Shown in pieces: positions 1 to 9,210 of a stretch of DNA of 64,000 nt; position 1 is the first letter of the stretch, and every line of letters starts with the position of its first letter. The notes beneath the pieces are model-generated. The model was given only the letters and a program-made list of their open reading frames with translations, searched no databases and was not told where the DNA came from. Source of the stretch: Acidobacteriota bacterium (GTDB lineage Bacteria; Acidobacteriota; CAIWXX01); NCBI GenBank assembly GCA_040755995.1, contig JBFMAF010000010.1:64001-128000 (forward strand), in the 5' to 3' direction. A program made the position numbers and the translations under genes.

Positions 1-882
1 GCCGGCCTTCTCCATTGCTTCATAAGCCTTGAGATCGGCCCCCCCGGCACTGATCGAAGCGTCATGCGCCGCGGTGATGCCAAGTCGCAATGCCATCGTC
101 TGGTAGGCCTCGATCCCCTGGACGAGCTCGTCGGTCGTGTATTCGGGAATCACCTCGTCGATGAGATCGGCGGCGGTCTCGCGAAGTGTGCCGCTGGGTT
201 CGCCGGTCTTCGCATCGCGCTCGATGACGCCGCCCGGCGGGTCCCTGGTGGCGCGCGTGATCCCGGCCAGCTCCAGCGTCTTCGAGTTCACCCAGGTGGA
301 ATGGCCATCCTCCGAAGAGAGCGCGACCGGAATGCCGGGCGCGATCTCGTCGAGCGCCACCTTGTGCGGTCCCTGGACCGGGAAGAGCGTATTCTTCCAG
401 CCGCTGCCGCGCACGACCTTCACACCAGGATGCGCCTCGACGAAACGACGAACCGCGTCCTGGTATTCGCGAACTGAATTGAGACCGAACAGGGACGCGG
501 CGAAGAACTGCTCTACCGCTCCGGATGGGTGGCAGTGACTGTCGATGAATCCCGGCAGCGCCAGGCGTCCGCCGATATCTATGTGGCGAGTCGACGGACC
601 CATGAACCGCGCGAGGCCGGCGGTGCGGCCGACGTAGATTATCTTGCCGTCCTTGATGGCCAGCGCCTCCGCCTTCGGCAATGATTCGTCCAGCGTGTAG
701 ACTTTTCCATTCTGGAGTACGAGGTCGGCGTATTCGCGTGTTTCAGGGCGGCACGAAGCCAGAAATGCGGCAGAGGCCAAGATCGCAGCCAAGGCTGGCA
801 ACGCAGCCCGTCTGTCGCGTCTGTGCGCCTCCGAGAAACCATTCGTCCCGATTTCGGGCACAGCCGGCAGTCTGTTGTTCAT
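1..882 (-). CDS. Amidohydrolase family 3 (YtcJ-like) lipoprotein, runs off the left edge
   Basis: Manual translation from ATG 882: ...AAFLASC (lipobox-like) ...ADLVLQNGKVYTLD...AEALAIKDGKIIYVG...IDIGGRLALPGFIDSHCH (metal-binding HxH). Missing from the ORF track because no stop lies in the window. Confidence 0.85.
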   Translation of the reverse strand, partial: MNNRLPAVPEIGTNGFSEAHRRDRRAALPALAAILASAAFLASCRPETREYADLVLQNGKVYTLDESLPKAEALAIKDGKIIYVGRTAGLARFMGPSTRHIDIGGRLALPGFIDSHCHPSGAVEQFFAASLFGLNSVREYQDAVRRFVEAHPGVKVVRGSGWKNTLFPVQGPHKVALDEIAPGIPVALSSEDGHSTWVNSKTLELAGITRATRDPPGGVIERDAKTGEPSGTLRETAADLIDEVIPEYTTDELVQGIEAYQTMALRLGITAAHDASISAGGADLKAYEAMEKAG

Positions 883-1076
883 AATGGCGTGACCATAGTT
901 CCGCACAGGCATGCAAGTCAAACGCAGCCGTTCAGGTTGCGAGATCTCCAATTGATGACCCCAGTCGCTTCTGTTATCCTACGTTTGGCGGTGGTCGAAC
1001 TGGAGTGCTGAAAGCAGCCGAGGTGCGGTTAGTGAGACCACACGAGACAACAATCCAACATCCGAAGGGGGGCTGA

Positions 1077-1997
1077 ATGAGAACCCGCTCGTCCTTTGTC
1101 GGACGTTCCGTCGTTGCCGCCGCAATTCTCGCACTCACCCCGATTGGTCCACTGATTGCTGAAGACCGGGATGTGCGCGACGAGGACCGAGGAATCGCGA
1201 GAGTCGTGGAACCGGCAGGGAGCCCGGGCGCCGTGATGACGGTCGAATTCGAGCCGGACGGCTACGTCGTTCCCACCGAGGTCGATGCACATGTCAAGTT
1301 GACGAACAACGGAAAGCCCGTGCCAGCTGCGAATCTCGAGCTGGTGCTGTGGAAGGGCCCGCACTCCCCGTTCAAGACGAGGGGAAAGACCGGGTCGGAC
1401 GGGACCGCAATCCTGACAATCCCCGGCGACGGAAACCTGGGGACGGACTCGGGTTGGGTGTGGATTCCCGAGTCGGCTGAAGACACGTGGAACCCCGGCC
1501 AGGCACGCCCGCAGATATCGTGGGACTTCATATTGCTCTGGGCTGACCTCTACGTGGACCTGACGGGCGACTGGTGGGGGGCCACATTCTGCCTGTGGAT
1601 GTTGGGCTATTGGGACGTGTCCGACGCTGGGCAGCAAGCGGACTCGCTGCGCCAGTACCGAGACGAGGTCCTCGGCAGTAGCGACCGCGGCCGCCTCTAC
1701 ACCCAGCAATACTACGAACATAGCGCCGAGGTGGCGCACCTGGCGTTGACACATCCGGATATCGGTTACGCTCTCACCGAAGCGCTCGTCCGCTACGGCC
1801 CGCTGATCGAGCAACTCGGGGCATCGGGGCATGCGGAGATCACCGACCAGGATCTCTCGGACGTGACGGGGATCATCGATTCGATTCGCCCGTATGCAAG
1901 TGAACAACTCGAGACGAGCCTGATGCAGCTGCGCGAGGATCTGGCGAGCGATCGTGCGCAACAGGAGCTTGGCTTCGTGATTCGGGAGAGGAGGTAG
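1077..1997 (+). CDS. Secreted protein with a C-terminal CFI-box-CTERM-like domain
   Basis: Signal peptide; C-terminal LRQYRDEVLGSSDRGRLYTQQYYEHSAEVA resembles the LRxFRDxxL...GRxFVxxYYxxSP pattern. Confidence 0.6.
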   Translation: MRTRSSFVGRSVVAAAILALTPIGPLIAEDRDVRDEDRGIARVVEPAGSPGAVMTVEFEPDGYVVPTEVDAHVKLTNNGKPVPAANLELVLWKGPHSPFKTRGKTGSDGTAILTIPGDGNLGTDSGWVWIPESAEDTWNPGQARPQISWDFILLWADLYVDLTGDWWGATFCLWMLGYWDVSDAGQQADSLRQYRDEVLGSSDRGRLYTQQYYEHSAEVAHLALTHPDIGYALTEALVRYGPLIEQLGASGHAEITDQDLSDVTGIIDSIRPYASEQLETSLMQLREDLASDRAQQELGFVIRERR

Positions 1998-2003
1998 CAC
2001 ATC

Positions 2004-3293
2004 ATGCGGACTGACAGCTGCCACCGATCACGATCCGGCATCATCAGCGAAGGCTCGACGACCCTCTGTATGCTGGCCCTCATTCTGAGCACGGGGCTGG
2101 CTAGATCGCAGTCCCGCACGACGGACTACGTCATCGCATCCCGTGCTATCGCCGCGAACACTGCGTTGAATTTCAAGCTGCCCAACGGCCTGCTCCTGAC
2201 CGGCAAGATCACCGACGCCGCCGGCGGGGCTCTGGAGGGCGCCCTTGTCCAGGCTCTCGACGGCAACTCGGACCTCGGGCCGTCCACCGTGACTGACGCA
2301 AGCGGCACCTTCGTGATCGCCGTGCGATCGGGCACCTACGACCTGCTCATCAAGCCGCCGGCGGGAGACACCGTGGACCCGAGAAGCTACCCGCGGTCCG
2401 TGGACGGCGGAGTGGATGACTTGCAAGTTTCCAAGGATACGTCAGCGGGGACCGTTGCCCTGCAGGATGGCTACATCCTGAGTGGCTCGGTGCAGCCGCC
2501 GTCCGGCAAGCTGCACGCGCTGGCCGGCCTGGTGTTGGGCATCCCGCCGGATCGTGTGCTGCTGGGAGTTATTCAGGCGCATCGCGGGACCGGCAACGAT
2601 TTCAGCAAGTACGCCATGGCAGTGCCGGCTGGAAAGCACAAGCTGTTCTTCACTGGCGGGCAGGCGCTGTCGAACGAATCACAGATCATGCAGGCCGGTT
2701 CCTTCGCCTCGGTGCCGGCGACGGTCACGAAAGACACCGTGAAGAACATCAAACTGCCCGTGGGCTACAGGCTGACGGGGCACGTGAGAGATGCTCAGGG
2801 CAGGGCACTGTCTGGAATTCTGTTCGCGAAGAAGGTTGGCACGACTACGGTGAAGGACGCCCAGTCGACCGCCTGCATCGTGATGAACGGCGCTTACGCA
2901 AGCTGCCTTCCCGCGGGCCAGTACGATCTCACGTTCATCCCTCTTATGAGCACGGCGTACGGCGGCCTGGCGGCCCAGACCCTCCAGACCGTCACCATGT
3001 CTGCCGCCGACAGGACGTACGACGTGACCGCAGCAGACGGGCTGGTAGTTTCCGGGAAGGTCGCGGATGCTGCCAACAAGGCCCTTGGCGGCGCCACAAT
3101 CACTTTCCGCCTGGTCGCCGCCGAGGCACGGGCGGCGAGCCTCGCTCTCGTAGCGCAGACCGACGCTAAGGGCAAGTATCGCATCTGTGTGCCCGCGGGC
3201 ACCTACCGGATACGCGCCTCACCCCCAGGAGTGCTCTCAACGATCATCGGAACACAGCTCATGATGAACCCCACGCTGGAGCAGCCGCGCTGA
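2004..3293 (+). CDS. Secreted protein with carboxypeptidase-regulatory-like (beta-sandwich) repeats
   Basis: Repeated LTGKITDAAGGALEGA / LTGHVRDAQGRALSG / VSGKVADAANKALGGA units, each with a TDxxGxF/Y...GTY pattern. Confidence 0.7.
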   Translation: MRTDSCHRSRSGIISEGSTTLCMLALILSTGLARSQSRTTDYVIASRAIAANTALNFKLPNGLLLTGKITDAAGGALEGALVQALDGNSDLGPSTVTDASGTFVIAVRSGTYDLLIKPPAGDTVDPRSYPRSVDGGVDDLQVSKDTSAGTVALQDGYILSGSVQPPSGKLHALAGLVLGIPPDRVLLGVIQAHRGTGNDFSKYAMAVPAGKHKLFFTGGQALSNESQIMQAGSFASVPATVTKDTVKNIKLPVGYRLTGHVRDAQGRALSGILFAKKVGTTTVKDAQSTACIVMNGAYASCLPAGQYDLTFIPLMSTAYGGLAAQTLQTVTMSAADRTYDVTAADGLVVSGKVADAANKALGGATITFRLVAAEARAASLALVAQTDAKGKYRICVPAGTYRIRASPPGVLSTIIGTQLMMNPTLEQPR

Positions 3294-3378
3294 GGCGATC
3301 TGATTCGATCGCGGCCGCTCGGCGTCCCTGCGCCTGTTGTAGAACTGGAGACTTCAGAGGTGACCGCCGCCGCAGGCG

Positions 3379-4650
3379 CTACGCCGTGCGCTCGACGAGC
3401 ATCGACGTCATGTCGTCGTGCGGGAGGTTCGAGCCGCAGAAGGCAAGGACGTCGGCATTCAGCGAATCGAGCAGCTCCCGCGGCGGCTGGTCGCGATTCG
3501 CCCCGAGAAAGGCCTGCAGCCGCACCTCGCCGTACTGATCGTCGCGAGAATCGAAGGCCTCTGTCAGGCCGTCCGTGTAAAGGAAGAGCCTGTCGCCGGC
3601 GGCGAGCTCGATCGAACCCGCCGTGTACGCCGGCGCCTCCACCACGCCGAGCACGGTGCCTGTGGCCGGAAGCGTTTCCAGCGTCCCGTCATGCCGGACT
3701 ACGCATGGCGGGTTGTGCCCGGCATTCACGTAGGTGATCGCCCCGCTCGATGGGTCGACTTCCGAGTAGAAGAGCGTGATCAGCCGGTTAGATGGGATGT
3801 TCGCGTGAAGGTGAAGATTGAGTTTCGTGATGAGCTCGCTGCCGCGCAGTCCGGCCGAAATCAGTGTGCGCAGGCTGCCCTGCAGCAGGGCCATCAGAAG
3901 CGCCGCCGGCATCCCCTTCCCTGCCACATCACCCATCACCACAGCGACGCGCCCTTCGGGCAGCGTCACGACGTCGAAGTAGTCACCGCCGACGGTATTG
4001 GCCGGACGCATGGCCGAGTGGATGGAGATAGTCCCGTTTCGGTACGGCTCGAACGGCAGCAGGCCGAACTGGATCTGCCGGGCGATCTCGAGGTCTCCTT
4101 TGAGCGCCAGCTTGTCGCGAAGCTCGAGGACCAGGAGCGCGAACAGGAGTGTCGCCGAGACGAGAACCCACGGAGGCCATTGTAGAGACCAGTGGTTCGC
4201 GAAGGTCGTACCAAGCGCCCTGAGCAGATAGACGACCCAGGCCACCAACAGCACGGGCACCGCCACGGTGAACAGGATCCTGCGCGGGGGACTGAGGCGG
4301 TGGGCCATCGTCACGAACACACGCCAGCCGGCGCGCGGGTAGCGGTCGTGCCATGGGAGTCCCTTCAGCGATCCATAGTCGATCTCCCGCGTGAAATACT
4401 TCCATGCGTCGCGGGGCTCGCGTTCGATGAACTGACGCAGGCCCCTGCCTGTCACGTCGCGCGTGAACAGCTCGCGGATGTCTCTCCAGTACTCCTCCTC
4501 CAGCGGCGACGGTTTCTTCCCAGCGGGCTCTCGCTTGCGGTCCTTGCGCGAGTCCTCGCTGAACCTTCTTGTGAACTTCTCGATTCGCTGCTGGAGATCC
4601 ATGGCGCCGTCCGGGCGGGTCTCCTCGGCAATCATCTGCCCGACCCCCAT
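3379..4650 (-). CDS. Membrane-anchored PP2C / SpoIIE-family (RsbU-like) serine phosphatase
   Basis: Motifs VGGDYFD, GDVAGKG, NAGHNPP, LYTDGLTE and HDDMT; two TM helices upstream. Confidence 0.9.
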   Translation of the reverse strand: MGVGQMIAEETRPDGAMDLQQRIEKFTRRFSEDSRKDRKREPAGKKPSPLEEEYWRDIRELFTRDVTGRGLRQFIEREPRDAWKYFTREIDYGSLKGLPWHDRYPRAGWRVFVTMAHRLSPPRRILFTVAVPVLLVAWVVYLLRALGTTFANHWSLQWPPWVLVSATLLFALLVLELRDKLALKGDLEIARQIQFGLLPFEPYRNGTISIHSAMRPANTVGGDYFDVVTLPEGRVAVVMGDVAGKGMPAALLMALLQGSLRTLISAGLRGSELITKLNLHLHANIPSNRLITLFYSEVDPSSGAITYVNAGHNPPCVVRHDGTLETLPATGTVLGVVEAPAYTAGSIELAAGDRLFLYTDGLTEAFDSRDDQYGEVRLQAFLGANRDQPPRELLDSLNADVLAFCGSNLPHDDMTSMLVERTA

Positions 4651-4740
4651 CGCCTGGCCGCCATTCTATACGATATGTCAGACATTTTCTGTTTCCATAC
4701 CAGGTCTACGATCACGAGAGCCGGAATGTTCAATCGGGGA

Positions 4741-4911
4741 GTTGTCGGTTGTCAGTTGTCAGTTCGGAGGAAGACGGCCAGCGGCCGGACCGGGAGCGCA
4801 ACTGACACTGCTACGGAATAGTTGGCAGTTGTCCGTTGTCGGTTCGGGCGAAGACGGCCTGCGGGCGTGCCGGTAGCCGAACTGACAACTATCAACTGTT
4901 AACTGACAACT
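4741..4911. repeat. Two-copy ~80-nt REP-like palindromic unit built of GTTGTCA-type heptamers
   Basis: gttgtcggttgtcagttgtcagttcgg..gaagacggcc..aactgaca, then gttggcagttgtccgttgtcggttcgg..gaagacggcc..aactgacaactatcaactgttaactgacaact. Confidence 0.75.
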
Positions 4912-5443
4912 ACTTCATGCTCTCGGGTCTGAGGCGGCTCAGATATGGGGCGACGGTCTCGGCGATGGTCAGGGCTTTGCCCAGATCGGCGCTGGTGAAA
5001 CCCGGCCCCGCCTTCTCGAACGTCTCGGCCCTCCGGTTGATCCAGATGACCCCGAACGTCTTCTCCGCATCTTTCAGCGGCACGGCCATGAACTTCTGTA
5101 TCGGCATGACCTTGTCAGGCGTGTCCTTCATCTGCTCATAGATCGAGTAGCGTTCGACACCCGCGGCCTCGTTGGTCACAACCGGCGCGCCCGTGTCGAA
5201 CACCTTCTTCGTGACCTTGCTCTTGCGCAACGGGAAGCCGCTCTTCTGCATGCTCTTCGGAAGGGCGAAATGCGCGAAGCCGCTCTTGTCAACGATGAAC
5301 AGCGAGATCTCGTACTCCTCCACCCCGAGCGAGTCCGAGACGAACGTGCGCAGCCCCATCAGGATCTTCTCGAACCTTTCCGAGTGCGTCAGAGGCTCCT
5401 TCTCCATGATCTTCAACAGCTCGGAGAACTCCCTGATCGTCAT
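4910..5443 (-). CDS. Stand-alone GAF domain protein
   Basis: FMAVPLKDAEKTFGVIWINRR...FTSADL is a typical GAF C-terminal pattern; AGGAGG RBS upstream. Confidence 0.7.
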   Translation of the reverse strand: MTIREFSELLKIMEKEPLTHSERFEKILMGLRTFVSDSLGVEEYEISLFIVDKSGFAHFALPKSMQKSGFPLRKSKVTKKVFDTGAPVVTNEAAGVERYSIYEQMKDTPDKVMPIQKFMAVPLKDAEKTFGVIWINRRAETFEKAGPGFTSADLGKALTIAETVAPYLSRLRPESMK

Positions 5444-5715
5444 AATCCGCCCCCTCCTGGCTTTTCGTTTGGCAACGCTTATAGCTTACCGTAGCTCGAG
5501 CGCGCTGACAACAGTTGAAGACACAACTGCTAGCGAGGCTGCGCCTCAGACCCACGAGGCATGTCACGGCTGGAGCGGCGCAGCCTCGCGTCGAGAGTCG
5601 AGAGTCGAGAGTTGGGAGTGACTAGCGTGGGAATTCAGAGCGAATGACGCGACGTGGCAAACTTGACTCAATCGCAACATCTTTTTCCCCTGAAGCCCGC
5701 TAGGCGCTAACGCGC

Positions 5716-6885
5716 CTAGGTCGCTTTCCGGCGCAGGAACGTCGGGACTTCGAGCACCTCTTCCGGGGTTGGAGCGTAGTGGTTCTGAGGTTGGTAAGGG
5801 GTGCGCGCCGGCGGTGTAACGATGCGCTGCGGTGTGACCGGGAGAGCACTCAGCGGCACCGGCGTCGGGTGGTGAGCCCCGACGACCATGCCCCCGTGAC
5901 GTGTCGTGGCGGAATCGAAGCCGGTCGCGATCACGGTGATCTTCACCTCACCGTCCATCGAATCATCATGCACATCGCCGAAGATGATCAGCGCGTTCTC
6001 GTTGGCCGCTCTCGTCACGATCGATGCAGCGTCATTCACCTCGTGCAGCGTGAGGTCCGCGCCGCCCGTAACGTTGATTATCACTCCCATGGCCCCCTCG
6101 ATGCTGGCGTCTTCGAGCAGCGGCGAGGAGATTGCCTGCTGCACTGCGTCAACGGCGCGGTTCTCGCCGCGGGCAACACCGGTGCCCATCAACGCCAGGC
6201 CAGCGTTCTGCACCACCGTCTTGACATCGGCGAAATCGACCTTGATCACTCCGGGCTTGGTGATAATGTCGGAGATGCCCTGTACGGCCTGCCTCAGTAC
6301 GTCGTCGGCTATCCGGAACGCCTCCTGGAGGCCTGTAGATTTCTCGACCGTCTGCAGCAGCCGCTCGTTGGAAATCGTGATCACGCTGTCGACGCACTGC
6401 CGCAGCTCGGCCAGCCCGCTCTCGGCAATCGCCATGCGCTTCCGATGCTCGAAGGCGAAAGGCTTGGTTACGATGGCCACGGTCAGAGCGCCGAGCTCCT
6501 GCGCGAGCTGCGCGATTACCGGCGCGGCGCCCGTGCCGGTGCCGCCGCCCAGGCCCGCCGTTACGAAGACCATGTCCGCCCCCTCGAGCGCTTCCAGGAT
6601 CTTGTCAGTGTCTTCCAGCGCCGCCTGCTTGCCGACTTCCGGGTTGGCTCCCGCGCCCAGCCCCTTCGTGAGCTTCTCGCCGAGCTGCAGCCGCACCGGC
6701 GCCGCATTGCTCGTCAGCGACTGGCAATCCGTGTTCGCCGCGATGAACTCGACTCCGGCAATCCCCGCGCGAACCATCCGGTTCACCGCATTGCCTCCTC
6801 CACCTCCGACGCCGATCACCTTGATCCGTGCGCCCGGCTTCAACTCCTCTTCGAACGTGAACATCGGTTTGCGCGCTTCAGCCAT
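5716..6885 (-). CDS. ftsZ: Cell division GTPase FtsZ
   Basis: [17 protein letters not shown], tubulin signature [10 protein letters not shown]-terminal EVPTFLRR; start placed at MAEARK by RBS spacing. Confidence 0.97.
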   Translation of the reverse strand: MAEARKPMFTFEEELKPGARIKVIGVGGGGGNAVNRMVRAGIAGVEFIAANTDCQSLTSNAAPVRLQLGEKLTKGLGAGANPEVGKQAALEDTDKILEALEGADMVFVTAGLGGGTGTGAAPVIAQLAQELGALTVAIVTKPFAFEHRKRMAIAESGLAELRQCVDSVITISNERLLQTVEKSTGLQEAFRIADDVLRQAVQGISDIITKPGVIKVDFADVKTVVQNAGLALMGTGVARGENRAVDAVQQAISSPLLEDASIEGAMGVIINVTGGADLTLHEVNDAASIVTRAANENALIIFGDVHDDSMDGEVKITVIATGFDSATTRHGGMVVGAHHPTPVPLSALPVTPQRIVTPPARTPYQPQNHYAPTPEEVLEVPTFLRRKAT

Positions 6886-6990
6886 GGTGCTCATTCCTTT
6901 CCGCACAACGCGAGCGTCTCCATTGCGGTCTCATTCCGTCGTACGCCGTACCCACCCAACCCGGCGCCCGTATCCGAGCGCCTCGGATCG

Positions 6991-7031
6991 CCGTGTCTCC
7001 GTTTCTCCGTTTCCCCGATTCTCCGTTTCGC
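6991..7031. repeat. Degenerate 8-mer tandem repeat (CCGTTTCT-like) between ftsA and ftsZ
   Basis: ccgtgtct ccgtttct ccgtttcc ccgattct ccgtttcg. Confidence 0.7.
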
Positions 7032-7090
7032 ATGCGGTCAGCCACTCTCGTTCCCCTGAGTTCGGATGAGGAGTTGAACATCGGCGTCGC

Positions 7091-8323
7091 TCAGATAAGC
7101 TCTCGGATCCAGATCTTGAACCGGTTGAACGTCCCGGCGGCACTCTTCATCCGCGCCTTGTTGACGTTGTTGCGATAGCCGAAGAGCAACAGGCCGACCG
7201 CCGTGGAGTACATCGGGCTGCTGATGGCGTCCACCAGGCCGCCCACGCTCGTTGGCGATCCGCGGCGCACAGGCAGGTCGAAGATCTGTTCGGCAGCCTC
7301 CGGCATCCCCTCCAGCAGCGCACCGCCTCCCGTCAGAATGACTCCCGAATTGAGCGAGCGCTCGTACCCGGCCCGCTTGGTCTCCTCGTGAAGCAGATTG
7401 AATGTCTCCGCCGCCCGCGGCTCGATGATCTCGCACAGGATCTGCCGCGACAGAATGCGCGGCTTCTTGCCGCCCATCCCCGGCACTTCGAACGTCTCTT
7501 CGTCGGAGACGAGGGTCGAGACGGCGCAGCCGTGCTTCTTCTTGATCTTCTCCGCCTCGGCATGCCCGGTTCTGAGTCCGATCGCGATATCGTTCGTGAA
7601 ATTGTCCCCGCCGATAGGCAGCACATACGTGTAGCAGATGCTCCCCTTCTCGAATATTGCGAGGTCAGTGGTGCCGGCTCCGATGTCGATCAGCGCCACG
7701 CCCAGGTCCTTCTCGTCGTTGGTGAGGATGGTTTCGGAGCAGGCGAGCGTTTCCAGAACCATGTCGGCGACCGCGAGACCGGCGCGGTTCACGCAGGTGA
7801 TGAGGTTCTGCGTGGAGGTCATGGAGCTCGTCACGATATGGGCGTTCACTTCGAGCCGCGTGCCGCTCATGCCGATCGGGTCGGCTATGCCGTCGGTCTC
7901 GTCTACGATGAACTCCTGCGGCAGCACGTGCAGTATCTCGCGGTCGGCCGGGATTGCCACCGCCTTGGCCGCTTCGATCACGCGCTGGACGTCTTCGCGC
8001 ACGATCTCGCGGCTCTTGCCTCCAACCGCAATGACTCCTCTCGAGTTGAAGCTCTTGATGTGGTTGCCCGCGATGCCGATGTAGGCGCTGTCGATTGCGA
8101 CGCCGGCCATCAGCTCCGCCTCCTCCACCGCCTTCCGGATCGAGTCCACCGTGGCGTCCAGATTCACCACCACTCCGCGCTTCAGACCTCGCGACTCGGC
8201 GGGCCCGATGCCGATTATGTCGAGTCCGCCCGCCTCATTCACCTCCGCGATGATGGCGCACGTCTTGCGGGTGCCGATGTCGAGCCCCACCACGTAGTTG
8301 TCCTTACGCCTTCCCACGGACAT
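7091..8323 (-). CDS. ftsA: Cell division protein FtsA
   Basis: VGLDIGTRK, IDIGAGTTD, VILTGGGALL; directly upstream of ftsZ. Confidence 0.97.
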   Translation of the reverse strand: MSVGRRKDNYVVGLDIGTRKTCAIIAEVNEAGGLDIIGIGPAESRGLKRGVVVNLDATVDSIRKAVEEAELMAGVAIDSAYIGIAGNHIKSFNSRGVIAVGGKSREIVREDVQRVIEAAKAVAIPADREILHVLPQEFIVDETDGIADPIGMSGTRLEVNAHIVTSSMTSTQNLITCVNRAGLAVADMVLETLACSETILTNDEKDLGVALIDIGAGTTDLAIFEKGSICYTYVLPIGGDNFTNDIAIGLRTGHAEAEKIKKKHGCAVSTLVSDEETFEVPGMGGKKPRILSRQILCEIIEPRAAETFNLLHEETKRAGYERSLNSGVILTGGGALLEGMPEAAEQIFDLPVRRGSPTSVGGLVDAISSPMYSTAVGLLLFGYRNNVNKARMKSAAGTFNRFKIWIRELI

Positions 8324-8337
8324 CACCTCCTGGTCAT

Positions 8338-9210
8338 TTACACTGCCCCTGCCGCAGCCTCGACAGGTTCCTGCGTAGTCGTTTTCAAAAAATCACCTTT
8401 GATGTAGACCCGCGGCGTGAAGCGCAGGTCCACGTAATCGATTCTCGCGAAGCGATCGCGCAGGCTCGGCGCGATCCGCTGGTAGAACTCCATCCGCTCC
8501 ACAAACTTCTCCGAGCCGACGATCAGCGCCGGTGTCCCATCCAGGAAGATCAGCCGCACTGACTCGTGCGAGCAGTCGATCTCGGACAGGCGCGCGACGG
8601 TGGCGGGCTCTGCGACGCCGATTGAGGCCAGGGCGCGCAGGCCGAGCGCCAGCAGTTCGTCCTCCGGTCCGCCCTTCAGCCCGCTGATAAACGGAAGGTC
8701 GAACTCCGCATGTTCCGCTCCGTACGGGCTCACTCGGACCCCTTCGGAGTCCACCAGCCAGGGGCCCTTCGCAGTGACGGCCACGGCCACAGGCGTGCGC
8801 TCCACGATGCGCACCTCGAGCGTCCCCGGCATCACCCTCGAGACCGATGCTTCCTTCACCCAGCTGTGTTCCAGCAGCCGCGCCTGGATGGCGGGCAGGT
8901 CCAGCGTGAATACGTTTCCCGGCCGCGGGCCGCCGACGAGATCAAGGAGCTGGTCCGAGGACGCGTGGCGGTTGCCGGTGATTGTTACTATGTTTGTAGC
9001 AAATCTCGGAGCGGTCGTGAGATACCAGTAGCCGAATCTCAGGCCGGCCGCGAGTCCCCCGATCACCAGCACGAACACCGTCATCGTGAGCAATCTCCGG
9101 AAGCGGTCCCGCCTGGCCCGCTTGTACGAGATCTCCTTGTTCTTGATCTCGCGATAGGCGTGGCTCCCCTCGGGCGTCTCGGCCGGGGTCGCTTTGCCGA
9201 AGAGAGGCAT
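8338..9210 (-). CDS. ftsQ: Cell division protein FtsQ/DivIB
   Basis: One TM helix, POTRA region (WVKEASVSRVMPGTLEVRIVER) and YVDLRF; ATG overlaps the murC stop (TGATG). Confidence 0.9.
   Translation of the reverse strand: MPLFGKATPAETPEGSHAYREIKNKEISYKRARRDRFRRLLTMTVFVLVIGGLAAGLRFGYWYLTTAPRFATNIVTITGNRHASSDQLLDLVGGPRPGNVFTLDLPAIQARLLEHSWVKEASVSRVMPGTLEVRIVERTPVAVAVTAKGPWLVDSEGVRVSPYGAEHAEFDLPFISGLKGGPEDELLALGLRALASIGVAEPATVARLSEIDCSHESVRLIFLDGTPALIVGSEKFVERMEFYQRIAPSLRDRFARIDYVDLRFTPRVYIKGDFLKTTTQEPVEAAAGAV

Noticed and set aside
4741..4911. Possible CRISPR array
   Set aside because: Only two long units, the intervening sequence is itself conserved rather than unique spacers, and there are no cas genes.
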